Shown here: one piece after another, positions 13,299 to 23,326 of the stretch
Layout: each line of letters begins with the position of its first letter
Position numbering within the stretch: position 1 is the first letter of the stretch
Assembly (NCBI GenBank): GCA_016184105.1
Contig: JACPDI010000027.1
Coordinates: 52,112 to 116,111, forward strand
Reading direction: 5' to 3'
DNA: 64,000 nt
Source of the DNA: Acidobacteriota bacterium
GTDB taxonomy: Bacteria; Acidobacteriota; Vicinamibacteria; Vicinamibacterales; 2-12-FULL-66-21
Notes under the pieces: model-generated
Database searches by the model: none
The model's input: only the letters and a program-made list of their open reading frames with translations
What the model was told of the DNA's origin: nothing
Position numbers and translations under genes: made by a program

Positions 13299-15977
13299 AT
13301 GCTGCGACACTTCTTGAGGACGCTGTCCGCGTTGGCTCTGATAGGGCTGGTGTTCCTCGCGCCGACGTGGTGGCGCGCTGAAGCCCAGTCGTCTGCCGGT
13401 ACGGCGAAGGGTCCCGATGCGGTTGGAACCGCGGTGGGATTCGCCGTGTCAAAGGCTGCCCGAGACCTGCCCGCGCCGCCACCGGAATCCGGCCTGCCGG
13501 ATCGGGACCGGCCGCGCATCCGCGTCATCCCGAACCGCGAGCTCCCCAAGGCCGCCGCGCCGGCACATCCGCAGGACGGGCTCGACCTGGCGCGTCAGAG
13601 CACCGCCCCCGAGCCGAACATGCCCGCGCCGCTTGGCGCGTTCGAGGGGTTGAACAACACGGACAACTTCACCGTCGTCGGCTTCCGGGTCAGCCCGCCG
13701 GACACCAACGGCGACGTCGGGCCGGGTCACTACGTGCAGACCATCAATCTGCTCGTCCGCGTGTACGACAAGACCGGGGCGCCGCTGACCGCGCCGTTCA
13801 AGATGAGCTCGCTGTTCGCTCCGCTTGGCGGCATCTGCTCGACCAACGACAACGGCGATCCGATCGTCCTCTACGATCCGCTGGCGGATCGATGGTTGAT
13901 CAGCCAGTTCGCGTTCACGGGCCTCACCACGCCTCCGTACCATCAGTGCATTGCCGTGTCGCGCACGGGCAATCCGGCCGGCACGTACAACCTGTACGAC
14001 TTCGTGATGCCGGGGTCGAACTTCAACGACTACCCGCACTTCGGCGTCTGGCCCGACGCGTACTACATGACCGACGTGCAGTTCCTGAGCGGCGGTTCCT
14101 TCAACGGCACGGGCGCGTTCGCCTTCGACCGCGCGAAGATGCTCGCCGGCGATCCGACCGCCAGCTTCATCTATTTCAATCTGGATCTCGCCTCGCACCC
14201 CGAGGGGATCGGCGGGCTCCTGCCGGCGGACCTGGACGGCAAGCTGACGCCGCCAGCCGGCGCGCCCAACCCGATGGCATACTTTGTCGCCACCGAGTTT
14301 GGCGATCCGATCGACGGGTTGCGCATCTTCGACTTCCACGCGGATTTCGCGAGTCCCGCGAGCTCGACGTTCGTCGAGCGCCCCGGCAGCCCGCTTGCGG
14401 TCGCCGCCTTCGATCCGATCTCCCCGTCGGGACGCGACGACATCCCGCAGCCAGGCGTGGTCCTCAGCCAGTTTCTCGACTCCATCAGCGATCGCCTGAT
14501 GCACCGGCTTCAGTACCGGAATCGAGGAGGATTCGAGTCGCTTGTCGTCAACCACACGGTGGATGCCGATCCGGCCGGGGCGTTCCTCGCGGCCGTCCGG
14601 TATTACGAACTGCGGAATCCGGCGCCGGGAGGCGCGTACTTCGTCCAGGAGCAGGCCACGTTCGCGCCGGACACGACGCACCGCTGGATGGGCAGCGCGG
14701 CGGTCGATCATCAGGGCAACCTGGCGGTTGGCTACAGCGTCTCTAGCGCCGCGGTGTTTCCGGGCATCCGGTACGCGGGACGGCTCGTCACCGATCCGCC
14801 CGGGGGCCTTTTCCAGGGTGAGGCGACGCTCATCCCGGGCAGCGGCGTGCAGACATCGACCAGTTCGCGTTGGGGCGACTACAGCATGCTGGCCGTGGAC
14901 CCCGTGGATGAGTGCACGTTCTGGTACACGACGGAGTACTACACGGCCGCCAGCCAGGCCACCAGCCCGGCCGGATGGCTCACGCGGATCGGTCGCTTCG
15001 CATATCCGAGCTGCGTGCCGGCACCGATAGGAAGTCTGACCGTCACGGTGACGGAATGCGCGGGCGGCGCGCCCGTCGACGGGGCAACGGTGTCATTGAA
15101 CGGCGTCCTCTACGGGACGACCGGAAGCACCGGAGTGTTCACCAACAGGGTCGCCCCGGGAACTTACACGGTGTCGGCCGCCAAGGCCGGCCTGGGAACC
15201 GGCTCCACCAGCGCGACCGTCCCGAACGGCGGCAGCACGAGCGTCGGCATCTGCCTCGGCGCGGTGGCGGACGTCGATCTGATCGTGTCGAAGCTGGCCG
15301 CCCCCGCCAAGTCCGGCGCGGGCGCCGCGATCCTGGTGAAGTACGGCATCCAGAACATCGGCAGCACGGGCTCCGGCCCGACGACGACGAGCATCTACCT
15401 GTCGGCCGACGCCACGTTGAGCGGCTCCGATACGCTGCTGGGCACAGACCCCACGGCGCCCGTCGGTCCGGGATTGACCGTGCTCGATTCGCTGGCCGTC
15501 ACGATTCCGGGGGGCACGGCGCCGGGAACCTACTTCCTGATCGCACTGGCCGATTCCGGGAACACGGAGGCGGAGGCCGACGAGGGCAACAACACTCGGG
15601 CGAAGAAGATCAAGATCGGCCCTGACCTGATGATCTCGTCCTTCAGCGTCTCGCCCATGGTCATCGCCCCGGGTGGGACGACGACGATCAGCGAGACGAC
15701 GAAGAACGTCGGCGGCGCGCCGACGGGCGGGCCGTCATCGACGCGGTACTTCCTGTCGAAGAACGGCCTGATCGACGCCGGCGACGTGCTGCTCGGAACG
15801 CATGCCGTGCCCGCGCTGGCGCCCAACGCCACGGACTCACAGGTCACCGTGGTCACGATTCCGCTCGGCACCGCGCCGGGGACGTACCGGATCATCGGGC
15901 TTGCCGATGCGACGGGGGTCATCGCCGAGGCGAACGAGTTGAACAACAAGAAGTCCGTGGCCGTGACGGTGCCCTGA
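13299..15977 (+). CDS. large secreted protein: propeller-like N-terminal domain, CarboxypepD_reg-like domain and two CARDB domains
   Basis: ORF 13239..15977 trimmed to ATG 13299 (SD CCGGAGG). Signal MLRHFLRTLSALALIGLVFLAPTWWRAEA. RWGDYSMLAVDP..FWYTTEYY. CARDB-like DLIVSKLAAP..YLSADATLSGSD..EADEGNNT and DLMISSFSVSP..EANELNN. Confidence 0.8.
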   Translation: MLRHFLRTLSALALIGLVFLAPTWWRAEAQSSAGTAKGPDAVGTAVGFAVSKAARDLPAPPPESGLPDRDRPRIRVIPNRELPKAAAPAHPQDGLDLARQSTAPEPNMPAPLGAFEGLNNTDNFTVVGFRVSPPDTNGDVGPGHYVQTINLLVRVYDKTGAPLTAPFKMSSLFAPLGGICSTNDNGDPIVLYDPLADRWLISQFAFTGLTTPPYHQCIAVSRTGNPAGTYNLYDFVMPGSNFNDYPHFGVWPDAYYMTDVQFLSGGSFNGTGAFAFDRAKMLAGDPTASFIYFNLDLASHPEGIGGLLPADLDGKLTPPAGAPNPMAYFVATEFGDPIDGLRIFDFHADFASPASSTFVERPGSPLAVAAFDPISPSGRDDIPQPGVVLSQFLDSISDRLMHRLQYRNRGGFESLVVNHTVDADPAGAFLAAVRYYELRNPAPGGAYFVQEQATFAPDTTHRWMGSAAVDHQGNLAVGYSVSSAAVFPGIRYAGRLVTDPPGGLFQGEATLIPGSGVQTSTSSRWGDYSMLAVDPVDECTFWYTTEYYTAASQATSPAGWLTRIGRFAYPSCVPAPIGSLTVTVTECAGGAPVDGATVSLNGVLYGTTGSTGVFTNRVAPGTYTVSAAKAGLGTGSTSATVPNGGSTSVGICLGAVADVDLIVSKLAAPAKSGAGAAILVKYGIQNIGSTGSGPTTTSIYLSADATLSGSDTLLGTDPTAPVGPGLTVLDSLAVTIPGGTAPGTYFLIALADSGNTEAEADEGNNTRAKKIKIGPDLMISSFSVSPMVIAPGGTTTISETTKNVGGAPTGGPSSTRYFLSKNGLIDAGDVLLGTHAVPALAPNATDSQVTVVTIPLGTAPGTYRIIGLADATGVIAEANELNNKKSVAVTVP

Positions 15978-16139
15978 TGCCGCAAGGTTCCGCATCCGGC
16001 CGGCGGCGGGTGGCGTGCGCGGCGCTCGCCGTCCGCCGCTGGCTGGACACGGAAGTGATGACCGCGTGGGATCCACGCTGGGTCCTGCTGTTATTGGCGC
16101 GCCGCGATCCGGACGGCGGCTACGCCCGCGATACGCGGG

Positions 16140-17000
16140 CTACCAGCGTGAGTTTACGACATAGCCGAACCGGATCAGCTCACGGCCTGCCACCACCTTG
16201 AAAATTCGGCGCTTGGCCCAGTGCCAGTGCTGCCATCGTCCGATTGGCTGAAACTCGTCTGGTTTCTCGACGACATCCCAGTGCACGCGATCGCGGCTGC
16301 CGCGGTGCACCGACGAGCCACGCAGCGGGATCGACTGGAGCCCCGACCAGTTGAACGCGGATTCGTCGACATCCAGGAACGCGAGCAGCTCGCGCACGAC
16401 GCGCTCCGGGTCGCGAATCAGGTCTTCGTACTTCACCAGCGTCCACGACCAACCACGGTCCTGACCGCCGGTTTCGTCCATGAACCGCAGAATGGCACGC
16501 GCGCCGCTCGCCCACCGCTCCATCCAGTACGCGCCCGGCGCGTAGCGCCAGCTGCGGCCGGCAGACTCCACGACGTCGCGGCCGTCGCGCACGAGAATCA
16601 CGAGTTGCGCGTGCGGGAACAGCCGGAAGAAGTTCTCGAGATGCCGCGCGCTTGGCGTCTTGGCCAGCACCCGTCGTCCCTCATCGATCTGATCGCCGAG
16701 AAAGGCAAGGATGCCGTCGCCGATCCGCGAGAGCAGCTGCTCGCGGAACACCCGGCGTTCGACCGAGGTGGACTGGCCCCAGCTGCGGCCGGTCTTCTCG
16801 ACGTAGCGGACGAGGAGATCCGAATGCTCCAGCAGGTAGTCCTCGACAATCCGGCCGGGAAGCTTGAACACCGGATGCAGCCGGAGGACGTGGGACAGAT
16901 AGTTCGTCCCGCACCGATTCATGACGCCGACGATGAAGACCGGCGACGCCGCACGGACAGACGCCAACATCGCCCGGGACGTCAGCAAAGTCGTCGCCAT
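16140..17000 (-). CDS. sulfotransferase family protein (ST1)
   Basis: ORF 16140..17165 trimmed to ATG 17000. 5'-PSB-like FIVGVMNRCGTNYLSHVL and 3'-PB-like LVRDGRDVVES. Confidence 0.8.
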   Translation of the reverse strand: MATTLLTSRAMLASVRAASPVFIVGVMNRCGTNYLSHVLRLHPVFKLPGRIVEDYLLEHSDLLVRYVEKTGRSWGQSTSVERRVFREQLLSRIGDGILAFLGDQIDEGRRVLAKTPSARHLENFFRLFPHAQLVILVRDGRDVVESAGRSWRYAPGAYWMERWASGARAILRFMDETGGQDRGWSWTLVKYEDLIRDPERVVRELLAFLDVDESAFNWSGLQSIPLRGSSVHRGSRDRVHWDVVEKPDEFQPIGRWQHWHWAKRRIFKVVAGRELIRFGYVVNSRW

Positions 17001-17185
17001 GATGGTCTCGCGCCGCGGCCCATGCAGAACTCGTGCGGCGCGCAGACTCTTCGCGGCGCGGGGATCGATGTCACTCCGTAGGATGACTTTTGTTTGTCGG
17101 CGCGGCGGCTGACAAATCTCTTCACGAGGTGGCACACCGGGGAGCGTGCGTTGCGGCATCTCCATGCATCCGAGCGATCAGCGCG

Positions 17186-17201
17186 TGGCCGCGTCCTTGC
17201 T
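17186..17201 (+). promoter_or_regulatory. sigma-54-type -24/-12 promoter candidate for paralog B: TGGCCG-cgtcc-TTGCT
   Basis: Reads TGGCCGCGTCCTTGCT, 15 of 16 identical to the element at 36306. 53 nt upstream of GTG 17254, with SD AAGGAG in the leader. Confidence 0.6.
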
Positions 17202-17253
17202 AAGAGGTGTGCCCCGGGTTTCGGCAACATCATTCGCAGCTAAGGAGTCCTTC

Positions 17254-18744
<1,491 letters not shown>

Positions 18745-18780
18745 CCGGCGGGCACCTGCCGCCACTCGCTCACGCCTCCG

Positions 18781-18816
18781 GCCGCAGGAGAGACTCACGT
18801 AACGCTCTCCTGCGGC
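18781..18816. terminator. strong hairpin between convergent genes (possible bidirectional terminator, no U-tract)
   Basis: Perfect 12-bp stem GCCGCAGGAGAG (18781..18792) / CTCTCCTGCGGC (18805..18816) with a 12-nt loop. Confidence 0.45.
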
Positions 18817-18850
18817 TGCCCGCCTTCCGGGTCGCGACGCCGTCGGCGCA

Positions 18851-20713
18851 TCACCGGTCTGGGGTGCCGGCGGCCACCTCCCTGCTGATGGCGACGCGAT
18901 TGCGGCCCTTGCTCACGCGCACCTGCCGCAGCGTGATCAGGCCGAACTGATCTGCGGTAACGGTTCCCGACTGGACAACGCGGCCGCTCGACACGGCCGT
19001 ATTCGTCCAGCGGAACTCCTGCCCCGGTGCCGGACGCAGGCGCTGGAGACGCCGCGGCGTCACGTCTGCCGCACCCTCCGACTGCGCCGACCGTTCCGCC
19101 ACGCCGACGACGGCCTCCCATCGGTCCGGTTCGTCCCGGATGGTCGCCGGGTCCCAGTAGAGGAACGCGTTCACCTGGCCCTCGGCGTCGCCGCTCTCCG
19201 CCGATCCGTCTCCGGGATCGTCGTCGAGCGTGCCGCGCGAAAATGCTGGAAGGCTCTGATCGACACGGAGATCGAGGGGCATGACGTTCTGCTCGCCCGT
19301 CAGCGGCATCCTGGCGCGCTGGTTGTGCCCCCCGGGACCCCACACGAACATGTGCGGGCGCCTGGTTTCCTGGAGGGCCTGCAGGAATTCGACGGCCTGC
19401 GTCCATCCGATGGTCTTGTCCGTCCTTCCGTTGGAGAAGGTCAGGAACCCGATCTCCTTCTCCGGATGACGCCGGAGGAACCAGGCGTCGTTGTAGTAGT
19501 CCCACACCGGCGTGCCGTCCTCGAACTTCACGCCCCATGCCTCGCGGCCGTACACCTTCTGGTACGACGCTTTGAACCGGGGTGACTGTTCCGGGATGTG
19601 GACGCCCACCCAGGACACGGCCCAGGCGATCCGCTCCGGAAAGCGGATCGCGAGCATCAGGGATCCGGAGCCGCCCATCGAGCTGCCCGCCGCAAACACG
19701 CGGAGCGGATCGATTCGGATCTGCGTGGCCAGCCAGTCGACGAACGAGAGCAGGCGTCGCTGCGTGTACGGGCGTACGACTCCCTGCTGCCACACGGCGG
19801 CATCCTTGGGGCGCGGTGGCTTCTTCGCAGCCCCTGGGCTGAGATCCAGCGCCTCGTGGTAGCCGGTCCACCAGTCGTACGGCACTTGGTTCGACGCGAC
19901 GAGCACGGCACCGCGCTCGGTGCTGTACCACCAGCCGTAGCCCTTGTTCAGATTCCCTCCCCAACTGTGCATGTGGATGCCGATCGGCGCCGGCCAGCGC
20001 ACGTCCGCGGGAATCGCGACGACGTAGTCGAAGGGTCTACCGGGAGTGTTGGTGTTGGGTGGCACCTCCCAGCGCACGTAGTACCGAAGCGTGGCGCCGC
20101 GCACGAAGTTGAATCGGTCCGGGTGTTCGACCCGCTGCAGGACGGGAATCCCCGGACCGGAGGTTTCGCGCACGGGTTCCGACAGGCTGTTGCCCCGCTC
20201 GAGGCTGGTGTTCTCCACCCCGTTTTCGACGAGCGTCACGGCGTAATACGCCTGGCCGGCTGGCGGGTTGTAAACGAACAGGCCGGTTCCTTTCGCGAGA
20301 GGAGGCTTACCATCCTCGATCACGTAGTACAGGTCTTCGCCCTGGCGCTTGGCGGTAATCCCGTAGAAATCCTCGTTGCGGGCGCTGTCCTGCCGCACCT
20401 CTCCGACCGGCAGCATACCGGCGACGCTGGCGATCGGCTGGGACGACCGGTAGATGCGGTATTCGGTCCCCGCGTCTGACCTCGCAATGCCGCGCCGCGC
20501 GGCTCGGCGGACGGGGGGAGGTGCGTCCTCCCCTTCCGGGACACGTTCGGCCTGCGTGGTCCCGGCCTCCCGCCAGGTCAGAAATGTCTGCCCGTTCCGG
20601 TGCTCCGCGCGGAGATCCAGCGCGGGGGGTTCAGCGGGTCCGGCAAGCATGCCGGCGCCGAGCGGCGCCAGCGACAACAGCAATCCGACGGACAGCGGCG
20701 CGGGTCGCAACAT
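18851..20713 (-). CDS. secreted alpha/beta-hydrolase (esterase-like) protein
   Basis: ORF 18851..20848 trimmed to ATG 20713 (SD GGAGGA). Signal MLRPAPLSVGLLLSLAPLGAGMLAG. Nucleophile elbow FAAGSSMGGSGSL. Confidence 0.75.
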   Translation of the reverse strand: MLRPAPLSVGLLLSLAPLGAGMLAGPAEPPALDLRAEHRNGQTFLTWREAGTTQAERVPEGEDAPPPVRRAARRGIARSDAGTEYRIYRSSQPIASVAGMLPVGEVRQDSARNEDFYGITAKRQGEDLYYVIEDGKPPLAKGTGLFVYNPPAGQAYYAVTLVENGVENTSLERGNSLSEPVRETSGPGIPVLQRVEHPDRFNFVRGATLRYYVRWEVPPNTNTPGRPFDYVVAIPADVRWPAPIGIHMHSWGGNLNKGYGWWYSTERGAVLVASNQVPYDWWTGYHEALDLSPGAAKKPPRPKDAAVWQQGVVRPYTQRRLLSFVDWLATQIRIDPLRVFAAGSSMGGSGSLMLAIRFPERIAWAVSWVGVHIPEQSPRFKASYQKVYGREAWGVKFEDGTPVWDYYNDAWFLRRHPEKEIGFLTFSNGRTDKTIGWTQAVEFLQALQETRRPHMFVWGPGGHNQRARMPLTGEQNVMPLDLRVDQSLPAFSRGTLDDDPGDGSAESGDAEGQVNAFLYWDPATIRDEPDRWEAVVGVAERSAQSEGAADVTPRRLQRLRPAPGQEFRWTNTAVSSGRVVQSGTVTADQFGLITLRQVRVSKGRNRVAISREVAAGTPDR

Positions 20714-20764
20714 GGATGACAGTCCTCCGGCGATAGAACGACGCGGATCGCCGAGGTGATGTGA

Positions 20765-20780
20765 TGCCGGTCCCGTGCCG
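20765..20780 (-). promoter_or_regulatory. weak sigma-54-type -24/-12 candidate for the hydrolase gene: CGGCAC-gggac-CGGCA
   Basis: Reverse complement of 20765..20780. GG-N10-GC spacing is correct. Predicted leader of about 40 nt contains the SD. Confidence 0.3.
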
Positions 20781-20828
20781 GGCCTGGTGATGACGGGCGG
20801 CCGAAGAGACGGACCCGCGGAGAGATGT

Positions 20829-20864
20829 GTCTGCCCCGAGGCAGACATTACTCACGCGAAACGG
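20829..20864. promoter_or_regulatory. candidate upstream activator site: GTCTGCC-ccga-GGCAGAC palindrome plus a conserved CGCGAAACGG block
   Basis: Perfect 7+7 inverted repeat at 20829..20846. The pattern GTCTGCC-N7-AGACAT-N6-CGCRAAACGG recurs at 36197..36232 at the same distance (108 and 109 nt) from a -24 element. Confidence 0.55.
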
Positions 20865-20936
20865 CGCCAATCGGCGCTGCCGGCGCGATTGTCGCCGGGG
20901 ACGCGGCTTTTCGGGCGCCGCGTGGGGGTCCAGCGG

Positions 20937-20952
20937 TGGCGAGCACTTTGCT
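20937..20952 (+). promoter_or_regulatory. sigma-54-type -24/-12 promoter candidate for the xrtA operon: TGGCGA-gcact-TTGCT
   Basis: Reads TGGCGAGCACTTTGCT. 23 nt upstream of ATG 20975, 50 nt upstream of the alternative GTG 21002 that has SD GGGAGAGG. Confidence 0.6.
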
Positions 20953-20974
20953 GAACCTCCGCAACATCGCCCGC

Positions 20975-21853
20975 ATGTCAGGCAGCACGAGGGAGAGGCT
21001 TGTGGCTCCAGTGGTTCTCATCATCAGCTTCGCGCTCCTTTACCGTGACGTGCTCACGGGACTGGTGGCGGACTGGATGGGGGACCAGAACTACTCGCAT
21101 GGATTCCTGATCGTTCCCCTGGCGCTCTACTTCGCGTGGGAGCGGCGCAGGGAACTGGCCGAGGCGCCCGGCGGCCCGAGCATCGTGGGACTGTTCATCG
21201 CGCTCGGCAGCATCTCGCTGCTGGTCGCGGGAGTGCTCGGATCGGAGTTCTTCCTGACGCGGGTTTCGATGGTCGGCACCATCGCGGGCGTGGTGCTGTT
21301 CGTCCTCGGGCCGCACCACCTCCGCGTGCTGGCGTTTCCGCTGGCGTTCCTGCTCCTGATGATTCCGATCCCCGCGATCGTCTTCAATCAGATTGCGTTC
21401 CCACTCCAGTTGTTCGCGTCGTGGTTCGGCGAGACCGCGCTCGCCGTGTCGGGTGTGCCCGTGCTCCGAGAAGGCAATCTCATCGTGCTCACGGACACGA
21501 CGCTGGAGGTGGCGGAAGCCTGCAGCGGTATCCGCTCGCTCGTCTCGCTGTTCACCCTCGGCGTCGTCTACGCCTACTTCATGGAATCGCGCACGGCGAT
21601 CCGGGTGATCCTCGCGTGCGCAACGGTGCCGATTGCCATCATCACCAACGGCTGCCGCATCGCGGGCACGGGGGTCGCCGCGCAGGTCTACGGCAGCCGC
21701 GCCGCCGAGGGGTTTTTCCACACGTTCTCCGGCTGGCTGCTCTTCGTCATGGCGTTCGGGCTGCTGTTCCTGCTCCACCGCGGACTCCTCGTCGCGGCCG
21801 GCTGGGCGCAGCGGGCGCGCATCTCCCAGGGCGGCGCCGCTCGATGGGCATGA
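20975..21853 (+). CDS. xrtA: exosortase (XrtA/EpsH type)
   Basis: ORF 20825..21853 trimmed to ATG 20975 (alternative GTG 21002). Multi-TM protein. NYSHGFLIVPL, catalytic-Cys motif EVAEACSGIRS, Arg motif ITNGCRIAG, His motif FHTFSGW. Locus context of XrtA-associated families. Confidence 0.85.
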   Translation: MSGSTRERLVAPVVLIISFALLYRDVLTGLVADWMGDQNYSHGFLIVPLALYFAWERRRELAEAPGGPSIVGLFIALGSISLLVAGVLGSEFFLTRVSMVGTIAGVVLFVLGPHHLRVLAFPLAFLLLMIPIPAIVFNQIAFPLQLFASWFGETALAVSGVPVLREGNLIVLTDTTLEVAEACSGIRSLVSLFTLGVVYAYFMESRTAIRVILACATVPIAIITNGCRIAGTGVAAQVYGSRAAEGFFHTFSGWLLFVMAFGLLFLLHRGLLVAAGWAQRARISQGGAARWA

Positions 21854-22494
21854 CAGCCCGCATGCTGATCCTGTCGGCATGCCTCGCGGGCACCGGTGTC
21901 TGGCTGCGACAGGTGTGGGAGCCGCGGCCGGTCTTGCTCAGGGAGTCGCTTGCGACGTTTCCCACCATGATGGCGGGCTGGACGCTCGCGCGATCCGCTC
22001 CGTTGAACGAGCGGATTCGGCTGGAGCTGGGCGTCGACCAGTACGTGAACCGGTTGTACGCGAATGGGAGCGGGCGCCCTTTGGGCTTGTACGTCGGGTA
22101 CTACGAGCAGCAGCGGCAGGGGGACAGCATCCACTCGCCGCAGAACTGCCTGCCGGGCACGGGGTGGCGCCCGGTGGGGTCCGGCCGTTTTCGATTTGCC
22201 GCCGGCGGGCGTCCTCCAATCGAAGTGAATCGGTACCTCGTGCAAAAGGGACTGGATCGACAGCTCGTCTTTTACTGGTACCAGAGCCACGGCCGCGTCG
22301 TCGCGAGCGAGTACGCGGCGAAGGCGTACGCGCTCTGGGATGCGTTGCGCCTCAATCGCACCGACGGCGCGATCGTGCGCGTGGCGGTTCCCCTGCAGGA
22401 TGCATCGGCTGCGGCTGAGGCCGAGGGCGAAGCGCTCGCGCGCGAGTTCGTGGGCGTCCTTTGTCCGGTCCTGGACCGCTACCTCCCCTCGTAG
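21844..22494 (+). CDS. epsI: EpsI-family exosortase-associated protein
   Basis: Tail of ORF 21136..22494, starting at ATG 21844 (10-nt overlap with xrtA). N-terminal TM helix MGMTARMLILSACLAGTGVWL. YVGYYEQQRQGDSIHSPQNCLPGTGW..VFYWYQSHGR, typical of EpsI as I recall it. Confidence 0.8.
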   Translation: MGMTARMLILSACLAGTGVWLRQVWEPRPVLLRESLATFPTMMAGWTLARSAPLNERIRLELGVDQYVNRLYANGSGRPLGLYVGYYEQQRQGDSIHSPQNCLPGTGWRPVGSGRFRFAAGGRPPIEVNRYLVQKGLDRQLVFYWYQSHGRVVASEYAAKAYALWDALRLNRTDGAIVRVAVPLQDASAAAEAEGEALAREFVGVLCPVLDRYLPS

Positions 22495-22501
22495 AATCGC
22501 C

Positions 22502-23326
22502 ATGGCCTTCCACCTCCCGGACTGGGTTCGACAGGTCGCCGCCGACGCGCGGGAAATGATCGCGGAGCAGTTCGAGTATCGCGAGCTGCTCTACCGGATG
22601 GCGCAGCGCGATCTGCTCATCCGGTACAAGCAGACGGTGCTCGGGTTCCTCTGGGCGATCTTCATGCCGCTGATCAACACGCTGATCTTCTCGGTGATCT
22701 TCACCAGGGTGGCGCGGATCGACACGCACGGGATCGCGTATCCCGTCTACGCCTTCTGCGGGCTGCTTGCCTGGAACTTCTTCTCGTCGTCGCTGCGGTT
22801 CTCCGTGACGTCGCTGACGCACAACACGAGCCTCGTCACGAAGGTGTATTTCCCCCGCGAGATCTTTCCGTTCGCCGCCATCTGGGTCGGCCTCGTGGAC
22901 TTCTGCGTGGGCTCGCTCGTCCTCGCCGCCTTCATGGCCTATTACGGCGTCGCGCCGCACTGGACCGCGCTGGCACTGCCCCTCATCGTGTGCGTGCAGA
23001 TGATGTTCACGGCGGGGATCGCGCTGCTGCTGGCGATGGCGAACCTGTTCTACCGCGACGTGAAGTATCTGTTCGAGGTCACGCTGACGGTGTGGATGTT
23101 CGCCACCTCGGTCGTCTATCCGGTGACGCTCGTCAAGGGACGGACGGGCGCGCTCCTCCAGTTGAATCCGATGACGCCGATCATCGATGCCTACCGTGCC
23201 GTGCTGTTGCGCGGCGAGCTGCCCGGCCCGGCGTTTGGCGCCGCGGTGGTGTTGTCGATCGTCACCTTCGCGCTCGGCTGGCTCTGGTTCCACCGGGCCG
23301 AGTTCACCTTCGCGGAGAACATCTGA
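22502..23326 (+). CDS. ABC-2 type polysaccharide export permease (Wzm-like)
   Basis: ORF 22340..23326 trimmed to ATG 22502. EYRELLYRMAQRDLLIRYKQTVLGFLWAIFMPL and six TM segments. Confidence 0.85.
   Translation: MAFHLPDWVRQVAADAREMIAEQFEYRELLYRMAQRDLLIRYKQTVLGFLWAIFMPLINTLIFSVIFTRVARIDTHGIAYPVYAFCGLLAWNFFSSSLRFSVTSLTHNTSLVTKVYFPREIFPFAAIWVGLVDFCVGSLVLAAFMAYYGVAPHWTALALPLIVCVQMMFTAGIALLLAMANLFYRDVKYLFEVTLTVWMFATSVVYPVTLVKGRTGALLQLNPMTPIIDAYRAVLLRGELPGPAFGAAVVLSIVTFALGWLWFHRAEFTFAENI

Noticed and set aside
16124-16140. Hairpin GCCCGCG-ata-CGCGGGC at the 3' end of the ST1 gene
   Set aside because: It is a perfect 7-bp stem but has no U-tract on either strand and abuts the stop codon. Not convincing as an intrinsic terminator.
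17130-17145. Perfect TGGCAC upstream of paralog B
   Set aside because: The nearest GC is 11 nt away rather than 10 (TGGCAC-accgg-GGAGC), so the -12 element is out of register. The properly spaced element at 17186..17201 is preferred.
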